This document shows, one piece after another, positions 8,670 through 18,693 of a DNA stretch of 32,000 nt. How positions within the stretch are numbered: the stretch's first letter is position 1; every line of letters begins with the position of its first letter. Origin of the DNA: an uncultured Erysipelotrichaceae bacterium. Lineage in GTDB: Bacteria > Bacillota_I > Bacilli_A > Erysipelotrichales > Erysipelotrichaceae. The translations under genes were made by a program, and so were the position numbers. The notes under the pieces are model-generated. The model had not been told where the DNA came from. It saw only the letters and a list, made by a program, of their open reading frames with translations, and did not search any database. Location: the NCBI GenBank assembly GCA_964401865.1, contig CAYNZZ010000004.1, positions 62,980 through 94,979 of the forward strand, read 5' to 3'.

Positions 8670-10209
8670 AAGTTTTATTAAGTTTCAACTGACATCAAAG
8701 AAATACTTGATTATTTTCTTATTTGTAATTCAATTTTTAACCTGCTTAGTTGCTTTTGCGTTTACAAGTTTTAGTTTCTTTAATAAGGGGATATTGAGCT
8801 ATGGTTTGAGTTTTGCGACTTTGATGGTTGCGATTATTTCTCTGACGCCACTATTCTTTAATTTTCTTCACAATAAGAAAAGTATAGATACTTATTATTC
8901 CTTACCGATGTCAAGAAAATCGCTATTCTTTAATACTGTTATCTTTTTGATAGCCATATTATTTGCATCTTGGATAGTTCCTAATTTTCTTACTTTCTTA
9001 TTGATAGCTGGTGAGTTTGGAGCTTTCTTGCCGGCTTTGTTAGGATTTTTGGAATATGTCTTAATGATTATTATGATAATAGCTGGTCTAGTTTTCTTTT
9101 ATGCTACGATATATTTGGTTGCCAATAATTCATTAGATGGAATTGTTATGATGGTTGCTTACATATTGTTGCCTTTATTTCTTGCGATAGGAGTATATAT
9201 ATTTGGAGATATATTTGTATGTGGATATCAACCTTTTAGTCTTGACATTTTTGGTTTCTTATCAATGCCTTTTATGGCCTGCAATATGTTTTTTGAATCG
9301 TTGGATTTCTTGACAGTAAGTCGATATTATACAAACACCTTTTTCGTTGCTAGATATTTGGATATGCTGATATTCTTTATTAGTACAGTTGGGTTCGGCG
9401 CTTTACTGTATCATACTTTTGTGAGTCGTAAGGCAGAAAATGTGGAACAGAATTCTGATAGTTTCTTCGCTTATCCATCATTAATTTATTTTTATACTTT
9501 TATCTTATTATTTATATTAACTTCTAGAGTTACATTTAATTATTATTACTCTTCTTCAACAACCACTTTGTTCTCCAATGCCATTGCATATCTATTTGTC
9601 TTTATATTCTTTGCAGTTGCACATTTTGTCTGTCGTAGAAAGATATATATCAATATTAGAATGATTGCATTCTTTGCGTTATCTATTGTGCTTGTAAGTG
9701 GTTTTTCAACTTTGGCATATCAGACGAGAGGATTTGGTTTTTCTGATAGTTATACAAGAAATCATGAAAATGTAATCTTTGCTTTTAATACTATTTCAGA
9801 TGCAGTTGAAGATAGAGAGTTAGTCGATCATTTAATAGAAGAATTAAAACCGATAGTAGAAGAATATTATGGTGATTATAATTACGATTATTTGAATCTT
9901 AGTATTGAAATAGAAATGGACAAAGAGGATATTCAGAATAATCCAAAATTATATGAAATGATTGATGATCATCGCCGGTTGATGATTGATAGCTATTATG
10001 GCAACGATTCAACAAACGATGTTTCAGGTGTTAATGGTTTATGGGCCAGAATGAATGTTTATGAAAAAGACAATAAAGGCAACACAGAAAAATATTACTA
10101 TTATTACACTAATTCATTTTATTTAGAGAAAGAGTTCAGCGATGAACTATTAAACTATGATAAAATCAGAATTATTGCTGATGGATATGATATCGAAATT
10201 GCGGATTGA
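8662..10209 (+). CDS. Polytopic membrane protein with C-terminal soluble Asp/Tyr-rich domain (putative transporter partner)
   Basis: About 10-12 hydrophobic helices followed by a ~150-aa hydrophilic tail. The ATG at 8662 follows AAGGAG and overlaps the ATPase stop. I recognise no family signature. Confidence 0.7.
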   Translation: MNKSFIKFQLTSKKYLIIFLFVIQFLTCLVAFAFTSFSFFNKGILSYGLSFATLMVAIISLTPLFFNFLHNKKSIDTYYSLPMSRKSLFFNTVIFLIAILFASWIVPNFLTFLLIAGEFGAFLPALLGFLEYVLMIIMIIAGLVFFYATIYLVANNSLDGIVMMVAYILLPLFLAIGVYIFGDIFVCGYQPFSLDIFGFLSMPFMACNMFFESLDFLTVSRYYTNTFFVARYLDMLIFFISTVGFGALLYHTFVSRKAENVEQNSDSFFAYPSLIYFYTFILLFILTSRVTFNYYYSSSTTTLFSNAIAYLFVFIFFAVAHFVCRRKIYINIRMIAFFALSIVLVSGFSTLAYQTRGFGFSDSYTRNHENVIFAFNTISDAVEDRELVDHLIEELKPIVEEYYGDYNYDYLNLSIEIEMDKEDIQNNPKLYEMIDDHRRLMIDSYYGNDSTNDVSGVNGLWARMNVYEKDNKGNTEKYYYYYTNSFYLEKEFSDELLNYDKIRIIADGYDIEIAD

Positions 10210-10213
10210 TTTT

Positions 10214-10236
10214 AAAGAAGCGAGAGCTTCTTTTTT

Positions 10237-10238
<2 letters not shown>
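10214..10238 (+). terminator. Rho-independent terminator AAAGAAGC-GAGA-GCTTCTTT + T7
   Basis: Read directly. Confidence 0.85.
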
Positions 10239-12227
<1,989 letters not shown>

Positions 12228-12512
12228 ATGGAAATAAATGAGATAAAAAAACTAGCACTTGATATTAAATTTGAATTATCAGATGAAGAAGCGAGCGATA
12301 TTCAAAATGATTTTGTTTTACTGGAAAAGAAACTTGCCTTGTTAGATGTTATTAATACTGATGGGGTTGAAGAAATGATATATCCGTTTGATATAGAGAC
12401 ATCATATTTGAGAGAAGACGAAGTAAGCGATGTTTTATCGGTTGAAGATGCTTTATCAAATGTATCTAAAACTAAGCAGAATCATGTGGTAGTACCAAAG
12501 GTGGTAAAATAA
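12228..12512 (+). CDS. gatC: Asp/Glu-tRNA(Asn/Gln) amidotransferase subunit C
   Basis: 94 aa, in the conserved gatCAB order, immediately after the ligA stop. Confidence 0.93.
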   Translation: MEINEIKKLALDIKFELSDEEASDIQNDFVLLEKKLALLDVINTDGVEEMIYPFDIETSYLREDEVSDVLSVEDALSNVSKTKQNHVVVPKVVK

Positions 12513-13912
12513 TGAGAATAAAGATTAATGACAATTATAAAGAAGAATGTTTAAAGGCTTATAATAAAGCAGTTGCAGTACAAGAAAAGGTCAATGCATC
12601 GGTTACTTTAATTGATCCAAGCTCAAGACTTGAAGAAAAGCTAGAAGGTAAGCTGAAGGGTGTTGCAATTGCGGTTAAGGATAATGTTAATACTAAGGGC
12701 GTTAAGACAACTGCCTGCTCAAGAATTCTAGATAATTATGTGCCTGTCTATAATGCGCATATTGTTGATTTGTTGAATAAAGAAGGCGCAGTCATCATAT
12801 CAAAAACCAATATGGACGAACTTGCTATGGGCGGCACTAATCTTACAAGTTATTTTGGGGCTTGTAAAAATCCATATGACTTGAATCGTATTTCAGGTGG
12901 TTCTTCAGGTGGAAGTGCCGTTATCGTTGCCAGTAATGTTGTAAGTGTATCTATTGGTTCTGATACTGGTGATTCAGTTAGAAAACCGGCGTCATACTGT
13001 GGCGTTGTCGGTGTTAAGCCTACATACGGTAAAATTTCTCGTTTCGGCATTATTCCATATGCTTCTAGCCTTGACCATGTTGGTTATTTTACTACCAATG
13101 TTAAAGATGCAGCTTTGATGTTAGAAGTATTGCAGGGCAGAGATGATAGAGATATGACTAGCGCTGATGTAGAAAATGAAGAATATACTAAACTTTTAAA
13201 TGCTGATGTAAAAGGTAAAAAAGTATTAGTATTTAAAAATGTTGTTGACGCTATCAAAAATGCAAAAACAGTTGAATTGTTTAATAATGTTGTAGAAATA
13301 TTAAAAAATAAGGGTGCTATGGTTGAAGAAGTTACCTATGATGAAGATTTATTAAGGGCAATTCTTCCTGTTTATTATATTATTGCTAATGCTGAAGCCA
13401 CAGCTAATCATTCAAACCTTGATGGTATTTTATTTGGACATAGGGAAGATGGCGAATCTACTGATGATATTATGATTAATAGCAGAACTAAAGGTTTTGG
13501 TCCATGGATTAAAAAACGTTTTGTCATTGGGTCTTATGCATTATTTGAAGAAAATCAAGAAAGATTATTGCGTAAAGCTCAAAAAGTTAGAAGGCTCATT
13601 GTTGATGAAGTATTATCTAAACTACAAGATGCTGATGTATTGCTTGCGCCGGCTGCTACAGGTGTGGCACCACTTATTGAAGGACAGTCAACCGATGAAT
13701 TATCAGACGAGTCTTTAATTGCGGAAAATCATATGGTTATTGCCAATTTTGGCGGTTTACCATCAATGACTATACCTATGGGTTATATTGATGGACTACC
13801 AATTGGTGTTAATTTAACAGCTAATCCTTTCAAGGAACAAGTAATGTTTGATATTGCTTTGGCTATTGAAGAAGGAACTGGTTTGGCTGATCAGACTAAG
13901 GAGGTATTATAA
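12512..13912 (+). CDS. gatA: Asp/Glu-tRNA(Asn/Gln) amidotransferase subunit A
   Basis: Amidase signature GGSSGGSA and gatCAB context. Confidence 0.96.
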   Translation: MRIKINDNYKEECLKAYNKAVAVQEKVNASVTLIDPSSRLEEKLEGKLKGVAIAVKDNVNTKGVKTTACSRILDNYVPVYNAHIVDLLNKEGAVIISKTNMDELAMGGTNLTSYFGACKNPYDLNRISGGSSGGSAVIVASNVVSVSIGSDTGDSVRKPASYCGVVGVKPTYGKISRFGIIPYASSLDHVGYFTTNVKDAALMLEVLQGRDDRDMTSADVENEEYTKLLNADVKGKKVLVFKNVVDAIKNAKTVELFNNVVEILKNKGAMVEEVTYDEDLLRAILPVYYIIANAEATANHSNLDGILFGHREDGESTDDIMINSRTKGFGPWIKKRFVIGSYALFEENQERLLRKAQKVRRLIVDEVLSKLQDADVLLAPAATGVAPLIEGQSTDELSDESLIAENHMVIANFGGLPSMTIPMGYIDGLPIGVNLTANPFKEQVMFDIALAIEEGTGLADQTKEVL

Positions 13913-15336
13913 TGGAATACGATGTTGTTGTCGGTTTAGAGATTCACTTGGAATTAAAAACTAAGACTAAGATGTTTTCGGGCGCTCCTTATGCTTTTAA
14001 AGATCAGGCTAATCATGATACAAACGAAATAGATTTAGCTCATCCAGGAACATTGCCTTGCGTTAATGAAGAAGCGGTTAAAAAAGCTATTCAAGCATGT
14101 GTTGCTTTCAATTTAACAATTGATCCACTTATCAAATTCGATCGTAAGAATTATTATTATTCTGATTTACCTAAGGGCTATCAGATTACTCAGCAATTTC
14201 ATCCGATTGGAAGACAGGGCTATATAGAAATTTTTGTTGATGGTAAGTATAAAAAGATTCGTATCAATCGTATTCATATGGAGGAAGATACTGCCAAACA
14301 ATTTCACTTATATGATGAGACTCTGATTGATTATAATCGTGCTGGTGTTCCTTTGATTGAACTCGTATCCGAACCAGATATGACCAATGGTCAAGAAGCC
14401 AGTCTATATTTAGAAAAACTTCGTCAGACTTTGGATTATCTTGAAGTATCAGATGTCAAGATGGAAGAGGGTTCAATGCGTTGTGATGTCAATGTATCGA
14501 TTAAACCAAAAGGTTCGAGTGTGCTAGGTACTAAAGTTGAAATCAAAAACTTAAATAGTATTTCTAATGTTAGGATGGCTATTGATTACGAAGTGCAAAG
14601 ACAAAAAGAATGTATTGAAAGTAATGAAGAAATAGTTCAAGAAACTCGTCGTTTTGATGAAAAGAGCCAAACTACTGTATCAATGAGAAAGAAAGAAGGT
14701 TCGGTTGACTATAAGTATTTTCCTGAACCAAATATTTTCCCAATCCGTTTAAGTGAAGAATTTATTAAAAATATCCAAGACAATATGCCTGAACTTCCAG
14801 ATGCGAAGTTTAAACGATACGTTGATGAATACAAATTGAGTGAATATGATGCTAACGTAATCATTGCTAATAAAGCTTTATGTGCATACTTTGAAAAGAC
14901 AATGCAGAAAACAAATAATGCTAAACTTGTAAGCAATATGTTGAGCAGTGAATTAGCTGGTATTTTGGCTAAAAATAACTATTCATTTGAGAATTGTCCG
15001 ATCAATAGTGATAACTTTGCTAAGTTAATTACGATGCTAGAGGCAAAAGAAATTTCTAATAATCAAGCCAAAGAAATTTTAGGTTTGATGCTAGATGGTG
15101 GTGACCCCAAAGCTATTGCTGATCAAAAAGGTTTTAAACAAGTATCTAATGAAGATGAAATCTTAAAATTAGTAATTTCTGTTCTTGATGATAATCCTCA
15201 ATCAATCGAAGACTTTAAGAATGGTAAAGATCGTGCCTTAGGCTTCTTGGTAGGACAGGTTATGAAACGTTCTAAAGGACAAGCTAATCCAAAATTGGCC
15301 AGTGAATTAGTCGCAAGAGAACTAAAGAATAGATAG
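13912..15336 (+). CDS. gatB: Asp/Glu-tRNA(Asn/Gln) amidotransferase subunit B
   Basis: The N-terminus YDVVVGLEIHLELKTKTKMF is typical of GatB. C-terminal YqeY-like tail. 474 aa. Confidence 0.96.
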   Translation: MEYDVVVGLEIHLELKTKTKMFSGAPYAFKDQANHDTNEIDLAHPGTLPCVNEEAVKKAIQACVAFNLTIDPLIKFDRKNYYYSDLPKGYQITQQFHPIGRQGYIEIFVDGKYKKIRINRIHMEEDTAKQFHLYDETLIDYNRAGVPLIELVSEPDMTNGQEASLYLEKLRQTLDYLEVSDVKMEEGSMRCDVNVSIKPKGSSVLGTKVEIKNLNSISNVRMAIDYEVQRQKECIESNEEIVQETRRFDEKSQTTVSMRKKEGSVDYKYFPEPNIFPIRLSEEFIKNIQDNMPELPDAKFKRYVDEYKLSEYDANVIIANKALCAYFEKTMQKTNNAKLVSNMLSSELAGILAKNNYSFENCPINSDNFAKLITMLEAKEISNNQAKEILGLMLDGGDPKAIADQKGFKQVSNEDEILKLVISVLDDNPQSIEDFKNGKDRALGFLVGQVMKRSKGQANPKLASELVARELKNR

Positions 15337-15342
15337 AAGATA

Positions 15343-15366
15343 AAAAGCCTTTGTATAGGCTTTTTA
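15343..15366 (+). terminator. Rho-independent terminator AAAAGCCT-TTGTAT-AGGCTTTT
   Basis: Read directly after the gatB stop. Confidence 0.8.
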
Positions 15367-15485
15367 TAAAGATTGAATAAAGTGATATAATAGTTGATGT
15401 ATTGGAAATATAATCCTTTTGAATATGGCATGATTATATATTTTCCAAACTAAAATAAATATGATAGAATTTTAAAGGTGATAAA

Positions 15486-16094
15486 ATGAAAGAAAATAAA
15501 CAAAAGATTAAAAAAGGAAAAAAGCTATCTAAGCCAGCTATTGTATTGATTGTTGGATTATGTATTATATTGATACCTCTAACTGTTTTTGGTGGAATAT
15601 TGCTTAAAGCCCAATTACAGACCGGTAAACCAATATTCGGCGATCGCTTTGTGGGGGATTTAGATCCAGCTATTACAAATCAACAGATGACCGATGTTGA
15701 AAATGAAATCAAGCAGTTAAAAGATGTTGAAGGAGTTACAGTGGTAATGACATCAGCACAGCTTCGCATCAACATTGATACTAAAGATACAATGACTGCT
15801 GAAGAAATGGATTTATTATTAGATGATGCTTATATCATTGTTAATAAAAAGCTACCTATTTCAACATATTTTACTTCAACCGATTCAAAAAGAATGTATG
15901 ACCTTGCGATAAATGCTTATAACTTCATTGATAGAGATGATGAAAGTATGGTTTATGTGATATTGACCAAGAATGCTATGATGGATAATTGGGAAAAACA
16001 AGTGTTGTCTGAACCGTTAGATAGCGAATTAGCTAGTGAACTTCGTGGGGAAAATGTTGAAGTTGAACCTACAGAAACTCCAGAGGCTGAATAA
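15486..16094 (+). CDS. Hypothetical membrane-anchored protein (N-terminal TM helix, acidic C-terminus)
   Basis: Lys-rich N-terminus, one TM helix (IVLIVGLCIILIPLTVFGGILL), then a soluble domain. SD AAAGGTG. No family recognised. Confidence 0.7.
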   Translation: MKENKQKIKKGKKLSKPAIVLIVGLCIILIPLTVFGGILLKAQLQTGKPIFGDRFVGDLDPAITNQQMTDVENEIKQLKDVEGVTVVMTSAQLRINIDTKDTMTAEEMDLLLDDAYIIVNKKLPISTYFTSTDSKRMYDLAINAYNFIDRDDESMVYVILTKNAMMDNWEKQVLSEPLDSELASELRGENVEVEPTETPEAE

Positions 16095-16120
16095 AACTTC
16101 ATTTATAATGAAGTTTTTTA
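16094..16120 (+). terminator. Rho-independent terminator AAACTTCAT-TTATA-ATGAAGTTT + T-tract
   Basis: Read directly. Confidence 0.8.
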
Positions 16121-16132
16121 TTAAGGAAGAAT

Positions 16133-17440
16133 ATGAAAAATCAGAAAATAGAATGTAAATGTATAGATATGACTGTTGACGGCTTTGGGATTTGCAAGTA
16201 TGATTCCTTAGTTATTTTTGTCAAACAAATGCTCATTGATGAAGTGGCGATCATCAAGATTATTTCTCATAAGAAGAATTTAGCTTATGGCATTATCGAT
16301 ACTTTAATTGTACCTAGCAAATATCGCATTAATAGTCCGTGTAAAGTGGCATATAAATGTGGAGGCTGCGATTTGCGACATGTCGATTATCGTTATGGTC
16401 TGAAGCTCAAACATAATATTTTAGATAATACGATGAATAAAATGGCTAAATTAGGAGTGAAAGTCGAGGATATTGTCGAAAGTCCTTTAAAAGATGGATA
16501 TCGAAATAAGGTGCAAATACCGGTTAAAGAAAAGGGTATTGGCTTTTATCGCAAGAACTCCAATGATATCGTGGAGTTTGATAGATGTTTAATTCAAAGT
16601 GATGTTGAAAATGATATATTGTCTAAGCTAAAAGAACTAATTGGTGAATATAAGATAAGCGATTATTTGCGCCATATCATAATTAAAGAAGCATTTGGTA
16701 CAAAAGAAGTTATGGTGGCACTGGTTGTCAAAAGTTTTGATATACCGTCAATCGATGAGATAACAGCCATTATGGTTAAATGTTTCCCAATGATTAAGTC
16801 TTTTATTTTGAATTTAAAAAAGACTGATGATAATGTTGTACTGGGTGATGAAGAAAAGATATTATATGGTTCTTCATATATTATTGATGAATTTGATGGA
16901 ATTATGGTTGAGATTTCGCTTAAATCTTTCTATCAGGTTAATCATCAACAAATGATAAACCTTTATAATAAGGTTTTAGAATTAGCCGATGTCGATAAAG
17001 ATAGTTCAGTATTAGATTTATTTTCGGGTATTGGCACTATTTCTTTATTTATGGCAAAACACGCAAATAAGGTTATTGGCGTTGAGATTGTTGAAGATGC
17101 GGTGATGAACGCTAAAGAGAATGCTAAGCTAAATCATATTGATAATGCAGAGTTTTATCTTGGTGATGCAAAGGATGGATTAAATGAATATTTAGTCGAT
17201 AAAGATGTAGTTATTGTTGATCCGCCTAGAAAAGGTTTAAATGAGCAGATAATTGATAAACTAGCAGAGTTTAATATTCCTAAGATTGTTTATGTTTCTT
17301 GTAATCCTGCGACATTAGCCAGAGATTTAGAACTATTTAAAAAGAAAGGTTACTACTTTGATACAGTATATCCTTTTGATATGTTTCCGCATACAATGCA
17401 TGTTGAGACGGTCTGCTTGATGTCTAGGAAAGAGAAATAA
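16133..17440 (+). CDS. rlmD: 23S rRNA (uracil-C5)-methyltransferase, RumA/RlmD family
   Basis: N-terminal TRAM-like region, Fe-S cysteines (CKVAYKCGGCDLRH ... FDRC), SAM motif LDLFSGIGTISL and catalytic VYVSCNPATLARD. Confidence 0.93.
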   Translation: MKNQKIECKCIDMTVDGFGICKYDSLVIFVKQMLIDEVAIIKIISHKKNLAYGIIDTLIVPSKYRINSPCKVAYKCGGCDLRHVDYRYGLKLKHNILDNTMNKMAKLGVKVEDIVESPLKDGYRNKVQIPVKEKGIGFYRKNSNDIVEFDRCLIQSDVENDILSKLKELIGEYKISDYLRHIIIKEAFGTKEVMVALVVKSFDIPSIDEITAIMVKCFPMIKSFILNLKKTDDNVVLGDEEKILYGSSYIIDEFDGIMVEISLKSFYQVNHQQMINLYNKVLELADVDKDSSVLDLFSGIGTISLFMAKHANKVIGVEIVEDAVMNAKENAKLNHIDNAEFYLGDAKDGLNEYLVDKDVVIVDPPRKGLNEQIIDKLAEFNIPKIVYVSCNPATLARDLELFKKKGYYFDTVYPFDMFPHTMHVETVCLMSRKEK

Positions 17441-17550
17441 ATAGCGAAAAGTAGCGTATTTACGGGCTTTTTTGAGATTAGGCAATAGCTCATGAAAGTC
17501 CGTAATTCTTATATTGAAACATATCTACTGTAAAAATGGTCAGATGGTTT

Positions 17551-17694
17551 AGGCTGTGGATTAGATGTCGTGGGTTGTGGCACTAAGATAGATGTTATCT
17601 AGGGTGCAAACTCAATTTGAGTGAGTGATTTAGATGTTGTCTAATCCGGCAACTCAACCGTTGGCAATAAAGCAGGCAGTGGATTAGATGTTAT
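17551..17694 (+). repeat. Four direct copies of a TAGATGT-centred motif, all in one reading phase, including an 18-bp repeat AGGC[T/A]GTGGATTAGATGT
   Basis: TAGATGT lies at 17562, 17589, 17631 and 17685, giving offsets of 27, 69 and 123 nt, all multiples of 3. The 18-mer at 17551-17568 matches 17674-17691 with one mismatch. Confidence 0.8.
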
Positions 17695-17712
17695 GGAAGG
17701 AGCGAGGAAACA

Positions 17713-18642
17713 ATGAAATGTGCGTATTGTGGAAAAGAAGCTAAAGGTACAAAAGAGCATATCATTTCCAGTGGTATTCTCGGATTATTCCCTGAGTGCT
17801 TTGCGACAATAGATGGTGAAAGGAAAGTAGTGCATCAAGGTGACCCAATGGTTAAAGATGTGTGCGCCGATTGCAATAACAACAAAATTTCTTATATAGA
17901 TTCCTACGCCAAGGCATTTATAGAAAAGTATTTTATTAGGAAGTACACCAAGGACGAGATTTTGAAAATAGAATACGATTACTCTATGATTCAAAAAATG
18001 TGCTTGAAATATGCGTTCAATGATTTGCGTTCGAGAAAGAAGGACACTTCATTTTTTAGTGAAGAAATTATTGGTTTTCTTTTAAATGAAAACGAAACAG
18101 AGCCATTAAGAAATGTAACAGTGTTGGCTGGACTTGCAGTAAATACTTCTCCTATGCCAGATTATGTTTTCGGTAATATGAAATTACGTTGGAGTGACTC
18201 ACCAATGTTTTGCTCGAATAGTATTGCAATGAATGTTGATTATGATACAGGGAAAATAACATTACGAGATAAGATGGAAGTTCAGGAGTTTAAGAATACC
18301 GCATTATCATATGTGTTTAGATTTAACAGTCTCCAGATATTGTTACTTTGTTGGGATAAAGAAATCACAGATGCGGATTTAATGGAAAACAAGATTGTTT
18401 TAGAGCATCAGTATCCGTATAAGATACTGGAACCTGTAGGTAATTCTGAGATATCAAGGTGTACTAGTGAGGCTACATATCATCATGAGAAAATAATTGA
18501 TGTAACATGGGGGCAATCAATTATGGATGAAATAAGTTTTATGAGAGGCACATTTACTGAGGAATATCAAAAATATATGTCTTTTGTTGAGTCTGAATGG
18601 AGTAAAGAAGAAAAGCATTTATCAGAAGAACATCCAAGATAA
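17713..18642 (+). CDS. HNH-type endonuclease domain protein (HNH_5-like head plus unassigned ~235-aa C-terminal domain)
   Basis: C3-x2-C6, E15-H16, C51-x2-C54-N55 (MKCAYCGKEAKGTKEHII...VCADCNNNKISYID). SD GGAAGGAG upstream. I recognise nothing in the remainder. Confidence 0.75.
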   Translation: MKCAYCGKEAKGTKEHIISSGILGLFPECFATIDGERKVVHQGDPMVKDVCADCNNNKISYIDSYAKAFIEKYFIRKYTKDEILKIEYDYSMIQKMCLKYAFNDLRSRKKDTSFFSEEIIGFLLNENETEPLRNVTVLAGLAVNTSPMPDYVFGNMKLRWSDSPMFCSNSIAMNVDYDTGKITLRDKMEVQEFKNTALSYVFRFNSLQILLLCWDKEITDADLMENKIVLEHQYPYKILEPVGNSEISRCTSEATYHHEKIIDVTWGQSIMDEISFMRGTFTEEYQKYMSFVESEWSKEEKHLSEEHPR

Positions 18643-18693
18643 CTCGCGAAAATTACAAAGCCTATTATAGAAGCAATAGGAGGTTCGAAACAT

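Noticed and set aside
17441-17712. Considered whether the repeat-containing region after rlmD is a CRISPR array, a ToxI-like type III antitoxin repeat RNA, or a tRNA or other known ncRNA.
   Set aside because: The repeat spacings (27, 42, 54 nt) and unit contents are irregular, with no constant-length repeat/spacer structure. There is no tandem unit of fixed length as in ToxI. There is no tRNA-like T-arm or acceptor pattern. It is kept only as a repeat feature and an att/regulatory hypothesis.
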